Below, piece by piece: positions 1-10,470 of a stretch of 64,000 bases of DNA. Numbering within the stretch: the stretch's first letter is position 1; every line of letters starts with the position of its first letter. The stretch is from contig NC_068985.1 of assembly GCF_001194135.2 (NCBI RefSeq), forward strand, positions 2,595,070 to 2,659,069, read 5' to 3'. Made by a program: the position numbers and the translations under genes. Source of the stretch: Octopus bimaculoides (lineage: Eukaryota). The notes under the pieces are model-generated. The model was not told the origin of the DNA. It searched no databases and saw only the letters and a list, made by a program, of their open reading frames with translations.

Positions 1-68
1 GTGTGTGTGTGTGTGTGTGAGAGTGAGGAGAGGTATATAAAACATTTTATGAAATGGTACCTATAGAT

Positions 69-305
69 ACAGGGATGGTTGTGTGGTAAGAAGTTTGCTT
101 CTCAACCACATGGTATGTGTGCTTGAGAACCGGTGTTGGTGTGTTTATGTCCCCATAACCTAGCAGTTCAACAAAAGAGCTTGATAGAATAAGTATCAGT
201 CTTAAAAATAAAAATAATTAGGACTGGGTGTCAATTCATTCAATAAAACATTTCACAAGTCAGTGCTCCAGCATGCCCACAGTCTAATGATTGAAACATG
301 TCAAA
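69..305 (+). mobile_element. SINE family A, internally deleted copy
   Basis: Head gtgtggtaagaagtttgcttctcaaccacatgg and tail cagtgctccagcatgcccacagtctaatgattgaaac, shared with about 20 copies in the window. Confidence 0.75.
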
Positions 306-574
306 GATATAAAAAAAATACGCTAGAAATAATGGAAGTTTTTGGGGGTTTTTTTGGGATGAAGTTCTCATCAAACTATTAACATATCTGAAAGTTTAAT
401 ATATTTTATTTTTTTAAATATAATTATATATACCTCTACATACACACACACATACACATATATATATATGTCTCATTTGTGTCTGTCTTAGAAGAAAAGC
501 ATAACTGAACACATTTCTATTGCAGCATGTATTGTTGTACGAGATATTTAATTGAAACTGTTTTATTATCAGCC

Positions 575-985
575 AGGACCACCTGACTGGCTTCCTTGCC
601 GGTGGCACATAAAAAGCACCAACCAAACATGATCAATGCCAGTACCACCTGACTGACTCCTGTGCTGGTGACATGTAAAAAGCAATATCTGAATGTGATC
701 GATGCCAGTAGCCCCAGAATGGCTTCCGTGCCAGTGGCATGTAAAAAAGCACTATCTGAACGTGGTTGATGCCAGTGCCATCTGACTGGCTCCTGTGACA
801 GTGGTATGTAAAAAGCACCCACAACACTCTCAGAGTGGTTGGTGTTAGGAAGGGCATCCAGCTGTAGAAACAATGCCAGATCAGATTGGAGCCTGGTGCA
901 GCCTTCTGGCTCTCCAGACCTCAGTCAAACCATCCAACCCATACCAGCATTGAAAACGGAGATTAAATGATGATGATGGTGATGA
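575..985 (+). mobile_element. SINE family B with four tandem ~66-bp subunits and a (GAT)n tail
   Basis: Subunit accacctgactggctcctgtgccggtggca(c/t)gtaaaaagcacc repeated about 4 times, then ggttggtgttaggaagggcatccagctgtagaaa...ccaacccat...ttaaatgatgatg. Other copies at about 2700-2890(-), 20310-20517(+), 21480-21690(-), 24255-24465(+), 36145-36415(+), 36730-37030(-), 37068-37441(+), 39090-39600(-), 42215-42420(-), 50270-50455(+), 63480-63670(+). Confidence 0.85.
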
Positions 986-1524
986 TGAACTTATCATTTA
1001 AGTAGCAGACATATGTTTTACCTAAGATGCAAAAAACAGTAAACTCTGAGAGTATGCATATATGAATGTATGTATATATGTGTGTGTATATACTTGCTTG
1101 TATACACACACTAAATGTGGATACATAAAAAGTAGTGAATAATAGAATAGCAAGTAGTTGTAGTACTAGTAGTGTCGTGACGAAAGAAATGTAATTTAAA
1201 GAACAAAATAAATTTATGTTTCAATGATTCCTAAAAATTGACTTTTGAACAATTTTTTTTACATCATATTTCAAGCAGAAATACAATTTACTTTTTGTGA
1301 ATCATTAAGCCAAATAAATCTAAATAACTTAATTGATAAAGATAAAATTAGGAGAGATAACAGGAAAACCTGATCTAGATAATTTGTGGAAAAAATCCAA
1401 TTTTAGTTTTTTTAATATCTTTTGTGATAAATGATGAGATCTGTGTGACATACTGAGTAAGTGGAGTCAACCTTGTACACTTTGAATAATCAATGATATA
1501 TGTGTGTGGTGGTGGTGGTGGGGC

Positions 1525-1895
1525 AATGGTGTGGCTGTGTGGTAAGAAGCTTGCTTTCCAACCACATGGTCCTGAGTTCAGTCCTACTGCATGGCACCTT
1601 GGGTGAGTATCTTCTACTATAACCTTGGGCTGACCAAAGCCTTGTGAGTGGATTTGGTACACGGAAACTAAAAGAATCCCATTGAATGTGTGTGTATGTC
1701 TGTGTTTGTCCCCACCACCGTCGCTTGATGATCAATGTTGGTGTGTTTATGTCCCTGTAACATAGTAGTTCAGCAAAAGAATCTGATAGAATAAGTACTA
1801 AGCTTACAAAGTATAAATCCTGGGGTCAATTTGTTCGACTAAAGGCAGTGCTCCAGTATGGCCGCAGTTAAACGACTGAAACACGTAAAAGAATA
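1525..1895 (+). mobile_element. SINE family A, near full length (tRNA-like head, CORE-like caccttggg(c)aagtgtctt segment)
   Basis: Same modular sequence recurs at about 2965-3225(-), 7645-8110(+), 11575-11995(-), 15290-15565(-), 17520-17635(-), 31305-31660(-), 33915-34080(+), 35388-35730(-), 40365-40530(+), 45425-45590(+), 48225-48675(-), 53095-53435(+), 53715-54120(-), 59350-59720(+), 61855-62020(-), 62985-63360(+). Confidence 0.85.
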
Positions 1896-2164
1896 AAAAA
1901 AATACATACATCCATATCAGTGTGTGTGTGTGCACGTGCATGTTACTGTCTCTGTACCTGACAATAAATGATACCTGGAAATGGATGTCACCATCATGCA
2001 AGAATCTGTGGAAAAATGCTTAGTGATGGGGCAATATCACATTGGATAGAAACAGGAGATGGTTGGCAACAGGAAGGGCACCCTCCCTTACAAAATCTAC
2101 ACCAATAATAAATTCTGTCTGATCCATGCAAGCATAGAGAAGGGGATGTTATGACACTGGTGAT

Positions 2165-2370
2165 GATGATGACTTTTTTTTGTACGTTCTGCTTTTTCCT
2201 CGTTGTCGTTTCTCTCAATCTGCACTTATTTCTGTTGAAGAGCATAGGCTCGAAACGTAAAAGACTTTCTCACTTCCTGAGCGTTAAACTAATACATCTG
2301 TTTGTTGTTTTCACACCCGTCTTCATCTTTTGTTCTTTTTTTTGTAAATTCTCACTATGTATGTATATGT
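2165..2370 (+). mobile_element. Penelope-like terminal-repeat fragment; copies at about 17300-17480 and 32410-32690
   Basis: Shared tttctgttgaagagc(g/a)taggctcgaaacgtaaaagactttctcacttcctgagcgttaaactaatac...(TA)n. The Penelope assignment rests on the hammerhead-like core and is inference. Confidence 0.55.
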
Positions 2371-3225
2371 AATATTGTAAAATTGATAAATTGTAGTGAT
2401 GAGTGGAAAAAAGACAACATTTTGGATAGAGTCCTTCTTATGGAAAAGTTGAAAGGAGAGAAATTAATGAGAGCTCTCCTTTCATGGTGGGACTCTCTCC
2501 AAAACATAATCCACTCCTCATGCCATGTTCACTTTACTCTTTTTATCAGTTTCACCACATACTATAAGTCTTACTGATGTAAACCAACACCAGCCTCTTA
2601 GGATTATGTTTAATCATATATGTGTAGATGTTTGGGCTAAATTCCATAAATTTTTATGTCTCCTTTTTACAGGAACAGCTTGATGATAATGATGATGATG
2701 ATACAACCATTTTCACTGCTGGTATGGGTTGGATTGTTTGGCAGGTGTTGGTAAGCCAGAGAGCTGCACCAGGCTCCAATTGTCAGTTTTGGCAGGGTTT
2801 CTACAGTTGGATGCCCTTCCTAACACCAACCACTTTACAGAGTGTACTGGGTGCTTTTTATATGGCACCTGTACAGATGCTTTGTACAAGAACCCTGCAG
2901 GGGTGCTTTTTATGGCGCAGCAGCACAGATGCTTCATATATAGATGTTTGTATGTCATTCTTTCTTGCATTCTTTCATTTGATTCAGTCATTTGACTGTG
3001 GCCATGCTGGAGCAGTGCCTTTAGTCGAACAAACTGAACCCAGGATTTATTCTTTGTAAGCCTATTACTTATTCTATTGGTCTCTTTTCCCGAACCGCTA
3101 AGTTACAGGGACGTAAACACATCAACATTGGTTGTCAAGCCAAATCCACTCACTAGGCTTTGGTTGGCCTGAGGCTAAAGTAGAAGACTTATCCCAGAAC
3201 CACGTGGTTGGTAAACAAGCTACTT

Positions 3226-5138
3226 TATTTCATAGAATTGGCTATAAAAGCCGTACATAGAAGTAGCTGCGGGCTGGACAACACACAAAATGAAATGAAT
3301 GAAAAAATGATTAACGAAATTGGTGAGGAAAGACAGATGATGCCTGCCGATCACTGCTTTTCAAAAACATTGTTCTTTGTACAACAACCAATTTGAGGTT
3401 ATAAACCTCTTACTTTTATTCCTTTTCGACGTAAGGTCCATAAAAATGAGGCACTAAGCCTCTTACATTTTTCATAAATGGGTCATATGCACCCACAATA
3501 TGAGGCACTAAAAGCCTCTTAACTTTTTCCGTTATTTTCTGGCCTGCCAGCACCCGACCAGGCTCAATGCCTCACTCAAGCACCTCGATGGTGCTTCAGC
3601 TGGAAGCAAAACGTGTCTTCGGGGAAGGAGTTCATCACCTTACACAAATCAGTTTCCCACATGACCTCCACAGCTACTTGTGAAGGCCAATCAGGGTCCT
3701 TAATGCAGGTTAGAACCCCTCCCCTCCGACCTTCTTTAGCAAACTTTTAATAAAATCCTGAACTGCCCCTCCCTTGTGGAATAAGACTAAAAATTCCTCC
3801 TCCACATGGGGCGAGGCCACAGTTTCCACCGTCAGTGGTACAATTCCCACCGACAGGGTTTCGAGATACGCTGGCAGAGTATTAGTAATGGCCAGCAATG
3901 TCCCATTTTTCCTTTTTTTCTCTTTTACCACGGGAGGGTGGAGTTCTTCCATTTTGTCCTGAAGATTTTCCTTCCCTCCCGTAGCCTTAGGATCCCTCAG
4001 TGGGTAACCATTGTTACCCACCTTCTTCCTCACCTTCCGAATGAGGATGGGGGCGCTTCTTCCACCAACTGCTCCAGGACCCTACTCTGATCCTGTGGAC
4101 AGTTCTTTTTTATATGGCCTGGTTCCAGGCACAGGTGACACCAGGGGTGGGGGCGTTCCTCAAGTATCACCAGATACCTGTGTTACCAGCCATAGTCAAA
4201 AAGCCTGGGAAGACCAGATTTCTTGCAACTGATTGGGTTCACAGGGTCAAAACAGCTTTTGACCCAACCCAGTCAGCAGCTTGGATCTGTTGCTACCCAG
4301 ACCCCAGTGGATAGTATCTTCTATCCACTCAGGTTCCATTCCAGATGACAACCCACAGATCCAAGGTCTTGTTAACTTCTTCCCGCAATATGTGGGAAGA
4401 AACAGAATTTCCTGACCCTCCAAGGGCTGGCTCGCAAATCTGCAAGCCTCCTCAGAGGTGTCAAACAGCAGCCACACCATTACATATTTAGCACCCCTGG
4501 AAATAAATCTTATGATTGGCAGATACTCTGCCAACTCTTTTTCTATTTCTATTGTTTTTGAAGACGGCGATGGTGTCGAGTGACTTCGGGTATGTCCTCA
4601 ACACCACTGTCCTCTCCTCAAAGTCTTTCACCCACTCTTTGGGTGGGACAATCTCCCACTCCAAAACAGTGTCCATTTTCTTCACCATGTTTAGAAGAAA
4701 AGTTTTAAAAAAAGTTTAAAAAGTCCAAAAAAAGGAAAGTAGGAAGAAGGAAAGAAGACAGTTCAAAAACACAGCAAACACGATTCCGGCCAACTAGTAC
4801 TCCACTTGTAATCCAGGGGCACAGCAACAGGAACACAGCTCCACAAATTTCACCAAAAATTGGTGGAAAAAATTCCACAATTTTTTGGAGGTGGGATACA
4901 CCCACCAAAACAACACTCTTCTCACAGCTAAGTGAGACACTTAGCACAACTACAGGCAGACAAATGCCTGGAATCCAGTAGGGATTTCTTGTTAAAAAAA
5001 AAACAAACAACAAACCCCCACTGGATCCCAAAAAACAAATGCCTTACCTTACAGTTGTGCTTCAACAATTGACGACACTGGACACCAACGTCATGACACC
5101 ATTCAGTGAAAGGAAAAAACTGACACACACATGCGAAA
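3226..5138 (-). mobile_element. ORF1-only non-LTR retroelement (L1/Tx1-like or half-L1-like), about 1.9 kb, inserted into a SINE head
   Basis: Flanked by a 14-bp TSD (3212-3225 taaacaagctactt and 5139-5152 taagcaagctactt, 13/14 identical). More GC-rich than its flanks. Contains a broken gag-like ORF with a CCHC knuckle and no RT or endonuclease. Removing it rejoins a SINE. Confidence 0.8.
3576..4688 (-). pseudogene. Frameshifted ORF1/gag-like nucleic-acid-binding protein with CX2CX4HX4C zinc knuckle
   Basis: Fragments in several frames: MVKKMDTVLEWEIVPPKEW..., ...LLFDTSEEACRFASQPLEGQEILFLPTYCGKKLTRPWICG..., WCHLCLEPGHIKKNCP (knuckle at 4099-4140), then a basic/low-complexity tail ending TGA at about 3576. 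Confidence 0.75.
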
Positions 5139-5303
5139 TAAGCAAGCTACTTACCACACAGCCACTCCTGTGCCTATGTATAAACTAAGTATGTATAAAC
5201 ATTATTTGCAAAAATAGCCTTAAAATAGAAAATATGCAGAACAGAATGTATTATAGGATATGGTCTCTTTTTATATGTTACAGACTACACTTGTAAATGA
5301 GTT

Positions 5304-5344
<41 letters not shown>

Positions 5345-5959
5345 ACACACACACAGATATTGTCAGTGAAGGAGTCTAGAAAGAATATGTAACAATTATG
5401 TGAAATGACTATAATGGTGGTATGTGAAAGTAGAATATATTGTGGTACAAGGAAAAACTATATCTGATTGACTTCATTCCAACTCTGTCACTGCAACTAA
5501 TTGAACTGATCATGGGAAGTTGGAAGGTAAAATTGATTCTGATGAGGAATTGAACTCAGGAACATGAGATAACATAAATTCAAAGAAGTAAAACTTTTCC
5601 TCAGTTCTACTCTGCAACATGGGGTAATATCTAAATATTATTGTTAATAAACGTTGAAACGATAGCACAGTGGAATTTGGTTTAATTAGCAGTGTGGAGA
5701 AGAGAGCTTTCTGGTAACAAAAACTAACCAGTATATATGACTCCACTGACTGTGAGTAGTGCCGACTATTGAGCGAAGCCGATTTGTTCTGGCAGTCAGG
5801 CAGTTGATGAAATGGACAATGGCTGAGAAATATTCTCCATAAACAATATTTCAATTATATAGAATTCTATAGTATTATTTAATTGCTTTGGTAATTACAG
5901 GCATCTTCAAGATTGAAAGGAAGATGCCACATAAATAAAGCGGTCAAACTGATGTGGTA

Positions 5960-6570
5960 AAGTACCACCACCACAACCACCACCACCACTGTTGCTAATG
6001 TTCTTCCTATTATTACCAACACCTACCACCACTGCCACCATAACTACATATTAATAGCACTATATCAACTTCTACCACAGCTACCCCACCACCATAATGT
6101 ATCCCACTCCCACTAACACCACTATTAAATATTCTGCCACATACCTAAAACATTCAATAATACAACCACCACCACCACCACAGTCTGCTGCTGCTGCCAC
6201 CATCACCAACAGTAAACATCTGTGCAGTATTACTGTCTTCTGACTTTAGCCATAACGAGATGAGGAAAGAGAAATGATTTGCATTGCAAGAAGACACAGC
6301 AGTGCAACAACACGGTGCCAATGGTGTTTTTATGAATTGTAGCTGGGCAAGCAAATGATGGGTTTGCGACATGAAGCGTCGATGGTGACACAGTATATCA
6401 ACAGAGAACACACTTAGATATCAGCTTCTAAGAAGATATAGAAACTAGTTTGAAATGCTTGAGTGTAGTGGTGATAATGGTAGTAGTAGTAGTAGTCGTA
6501 GTTCAGGTGATAGTATTAATAAATGCTGTGATGGTAATGCTGTTGTTGTTGTTGTTCCTTTTGTTGTGAA
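5960..6570. repeat. (CCA/ACT)n and (AGT/GTT)n low-complexity tracts
   Basis: Visible directly. Confidence 0.8.
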
Positions 6571-6933
6571 TTGGTCTAATAAATGTTTGATATCAACTGA
6601 ACTTTACTTGATAGCTGAACTAGCTGCAACAATAACATCTTTGTTGAAGTCAGTGCTATACTGTGCAGGTCAAATGAAAATGTAGAAGTTCACTATATCA
6701 TTGCTTGTGGAGTGTATGTGCTGTTTCTGGCGGTTGTTCATTTGCTGTCAAAGCAGTTTTGATGTTGGCACTCTTGAAGTGGCTTTGATGACATAGGTAC
6801 AAATATTTTTGTACTCCCAAACTTTGCTCTGTAGTGGTGGCCGTGAGCAATACAGTCGTGTTGTCCATGATTATACTTTGGCTTGCCCCCAGAACAATTG
6901 CATAGTTTGAAAACCAATAAATATTATTCTCAC

Positions 6934-7044
6934 CTTCAAAATATGTTGTGTCTGTCTCATCGCTTGGTTGTGGTTGGAAGGGAGCTGGCTGTTCAAGTAG
7001 TTTCTCCCAAGCCACATTCTCAAAAATCTTCATGTTTTTAACAC
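6934..7044 (-). CDS. MASTL: Internal coding exon, AGC-kinase C-terminal region, most similar to Greatwall/MASTL: (x)VKNMKIFENVAWEKLLEQPAPFQPQPSDETDTTYFE
   Basis: 111-nt exon bounded by ttgcag| and |gtgaga, phase 1-1, no stops. The peptide matches the AGC C-tail pattern (F..V.W..L......PF.PQP.DETDT.YFE) as I recall it from Greatwall/MASTL. No other kinase exon was found in the window, so the symbol is tentative; MAST1-4-like is possible. Confidence 0.72.
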
Positions 7045-7225
7045 CTGCAATGTGAAAAATGAAAATATATAAACACAAAACAAAGAAAACCTAATTTCAC
7101 TCTCTAATACCTAAAATAGAGTGACGAAGACTTGGAATAAAACTAACATGTATTAACACAAGTTATTTACAGCGGGGGGAGCGCTAAGCAGTGATAAGTA
7201 AAATTGCAATGTTGCTATCAGTGTG

Positions 7226-7608
7226 AATATGCTTGAAGCACGTTCAAACTGGGGAACAAGCTACTCATGTTTTGTCATGGAAAATATAACCCGTTTGTTG
7301 ACAAATGGGGTATATACACCTAGATCAGCTCACAGCCCCACCTATTCAGGTTGTGAGATGCTAGCATTTGAGAGTCGTCATCTCCTCTTTGGTCACAGGT
7401 ACTAGGCAGGCAGAACTATGAGTTGGCTAGTGTCTGTGACTGAGAGGAGATAACTTCCCCAAAATGCTAGCATCTCACAGTCTAGGTAGGTGGCACTGCA
7501 AGCTGATCTAGGTGTATACACACAATTTGTCAACAAGTGAGACATATTCTGCATGAGAAAACACAATGAGTAGCTTATTCTCTCGTTCAAATGTGCCTCA
7601 ATAACATT
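7226..7608. repeat. Long imperfect inverted repeat (about 180-bp arms, about 20-nt loop)
   Basis: caagctactcat / atgagtagctta, tatacacctagatcagct / agctgatctaggtgtata, tgtgagatgctagcattt / aaatgctagcatctcaca, gtcacag..actag / ctagt..ctgtgac. Confidence 0.9.
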
Positions 7609-7680
7609 AAAATAACACAAGTTAATCCAAATACACATACAAGCACAGGCGTGCTTGTGTGGGAAGAAGCTTGCTTCCCA

Positions 7681-7807
7681 TTTTTTACTCATCTTTTTGT
7701 ATTCATTTCATTCATTAATGTCCGTGTCCAGCCCGCAGCTTCTTTATATCTGTCTGTCTTTGTTTGTCCCTTCTATGTAATGCCTTTATGGCAAAATTTA
7801 TGAAATA
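7681..7807 (+). mobile_element. 5'-truncated 3' end of the same element family as 3226-5138, inserted into a SINE head
   Basis: Shares attcatttcatt...tgtccagcccgcagct...cttctatgta...tatgaaata with the 3' end of the 1.9-kb element. Flanked by a 17-bp TSD (7664-7680 aagaagcttgcttccca and 7808-7824 aagaagtttgcttccca). Confidence 0.8.
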
Positions 7808-7947
7808 AAGAAGTTTGCTTCCCAGCCACATGGTTCTGGGTTCTCTCCCACTGCATGGCACCTTGGGTAAGCGTCTCCTACTATAGCCTCAGGCAGACCA
7901 AAACCTTGTGAATGGATTTGGTAGACAGAAACTGAAAGAAGCCTATC

Positions 7948-7979
<32 letters not shown>

Positions 7980-8509
7980 CCACTACCACCACTTGACAAC
8001 TGGTGTTACAGTCTTGAAAAAACAACAAAAAAAAGTACTGGGGTCAATTTGTTTGACTAAAAATTCTTCAAGGTAGTGCCCCAATGACTGAATCAAGTAA
8101 AAGACAAAAGATACCCAGCATTAAGTAATGCCTAAAATAAAACTACAAGGTTTCCTCCATTCTACAAGGGAGATCTAAACCTTACCTCACCTTTTGCAGA
8201 GCATTGTTAAAGAAAGTACATTAATGTATTTGAGGAGAAGATTTACAAAATGCTGAAGAAAATGACAGCAAAATAACAATCAGTTTCTCAACTTTGATCG
8301 TTCATTTACAAACCCAAACAAAACAAAGTTTTGAGAAAATCTCAACAGAAAAGTAATGAAACACAGAACAGGTGTTTTTACACACTAACAATACAGAAAT
8401 GCATAATCAGTGGTGGATAATTAGTAAAAATCGCACACCTTTCATAAATAGGACCAAACTCACAGCCCTTAATTAGAAGATTGCCTATTTGAGCTTTACT
8501 TACAAAAGA

Positions 8510-9500
8510 TGATACACACACACTTACACACACTTCCCAGTCATAAAAGCTGATGGTTAATATTGATTAGTTATGTACAAGTTAATAAGTATGTGTGCGT
8601 ACATGTATGTGCACACACACACACAAATGTGTATCAATAAACACAATTTTATCAATATTCTTATAAAAATTATACATCATATAGAAAGTTAAAGTATATG
8701 CTCCAACATAAGTGGGTGTTACTATACACACAAATACAACACATAAAAGCATGCATACGTTCGTATATACACATGTAGAAGCCAATACACACGCACACAC
8801 ACAAACACATAGATAATCATGGTACATATTTATAGCAAGCTCCGAATCAATTAGCATCTCAGGGATAAAAGTATCTAAGCAAGTAAAATAAGTAGAATAA
8901 ATACTTGATGGAAAGAAAAAAAAAAAAAAAAAAAAAATCAATGTATGAGTGTGTGGAGAGAGAGAGGGGGGTTGGGTGGGGAGATGGGGACACCTTGCTG
9001 AAGGTGAACCTTTGATCTTTGATTACCTGGGTTTGATTTTACAACTAGGAACAAAGTGGAAAGATAAAACACTGACAGTTTTATATTGAATGAGATATGA
9101 TGGGGGAGGTGATGAATGAGAGGGAGGAAATGAGAGAGAGAGAGAGAGAGAGAGAGGGGAGGAGGAAATAATGGATAAGAACACACGTAAACGTACACAT
9201 ATACTTGACCTCATACACGAATGCACACATGAACATACACATGTGCATGCACACACGCACACACACTGTAATATATGTGTGTATATTTATAAACTTAGAG
9301 ACTACAATGAGTAGGTTATGAGATCGACTCACAGACATTTGCATACATAGATATAGTGATAAAACATACTGACACACACACACACACCAAGTGATATACT
9401 GAATAAACATACAATTTATTACACACACAATGACAACACATTTACACACGTAAGGAGACAGTTCAATAGTTTCTTCAAACACACACACACACACATTATT
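8510..9500. repeat. (CA)n-, (GA)n- and poly-A-rich region with short unique islands
   Basis: Visible directly. Confidence 0.8.
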
Positions 9501-9611
9501 ATAAAATGATGAACATTCACATATAAAAACACAAACATATATATATTATATACTAGTATATAATAAAAGTATGGAAAAACAGACTAATATTAAAAAGTAT
9601 GGTATATATAT

Positions 9612-10010
9612 TTGGTACGGGAGATACAATGGTCCAGTGGTTAGGGCAGTGAACCCGCAGTCAAGGATCGCGGTTTCAATTCTCAGAATGGACGTTGTGA
9701 GTGTTTATTGAGCGAAAACACTTAAAGCTCCATGAGGCTCCGACAGGAGGGGGGGGGGGCAAACTCTGCTGCACTCTTTCATCACAACTTTCATTCTTTC
9801 TTCCTGTTTCTGTTGTACCTGTAATTCAAAGGGGCCAGCTTTGTCACACTCTGTGTCACGCTGAATCTCCCCCAAGAACTACGTTAAGGGTACACGTGTC
9901 TGTGGAGTGCTCAGCCACTTGCACATTAATTTCATGAGCAGGCTGTTCCGTTGATTGGATCAACTGGAACCCTCGTCGTCGTAATCGACGGAGTGTCACG
10001 ATGATGATAT
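9612..10010 (+). mobile_element. SINE family D with tRNA-like head
   Basis: A-box-like cagtggttagggc and B-box-like ggtttcaattct, followed by a GC-richer body. Partial inverted copy at about 12610-12940; related head at about 49330-49640(-). Confidence 0.7.
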
Positions 10011-10164
10011 TTGGTACAATGATACATCTCTGATATAGAACATTACATATTCTAAACAATACCAATATTATGGTTTGCAAATTCCATACAAGAGTAAGCA
10101 ATGGGAAATGGAAACGTGCAAGATGTAAAGTAGTTTTATCTGTCGTTGTTGACAATGACCAAAG

Positions 10165-10470
10165 ACATCACATGGGAGAAGAAGACGAGGGATGGTGAGT
10201 CCGGTTGTGACTGATCAGTCCGATGTGTCCTCGGAAGGCTTTGCTACAGATCAGGCACTGGGAAGTCCACAGGGACTGAAGGCAGGCAGTTGGCTCTGGA
10301 CTTGTGCAGTTTGTGTTTTTGCTTTGTGACCATGACCCTGCAATGCTGTTCTGTTCAATGGAAGTGGCCTCCCAGTTGCTGCAGCTTTGCCAGGTAGGGC
10401 AGTATTGTGCTTGTAGAGCATTAATAAAAACAATATCAGTGAGAGTCGCTGCAGTGGGTAACCATTATCA
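10165..10470 (-). mobile_element. RTE-clade LINE 3' end
   Basis: Translates to ...QCLICSKAFRGHIGLISHNRTHH, the C2H2-like C-terminus typical of RTE ORFs. Confidence 0.7.

Noticed and set aside
575-830. CRISPR-like regular spacing
   Set aside because: Whole units are homologous with no unique spacers, the context is eukaryotic and there are no cas genes; it is a SINE-internal tandem repeat.
6154-6411. SNTAQMFTV resembling the MASTL C-terminal RNTAQHLTV
   Set aside because: No suitable phase-1 acceptor directly upstream and it runs into low-complexity repeats; probably chance.
6698-6933. Read-through ORF beyond the kinase exon
   Set aside because: Similarity ends exactly at a canonical gtgag donor; the continuation looks intronic.
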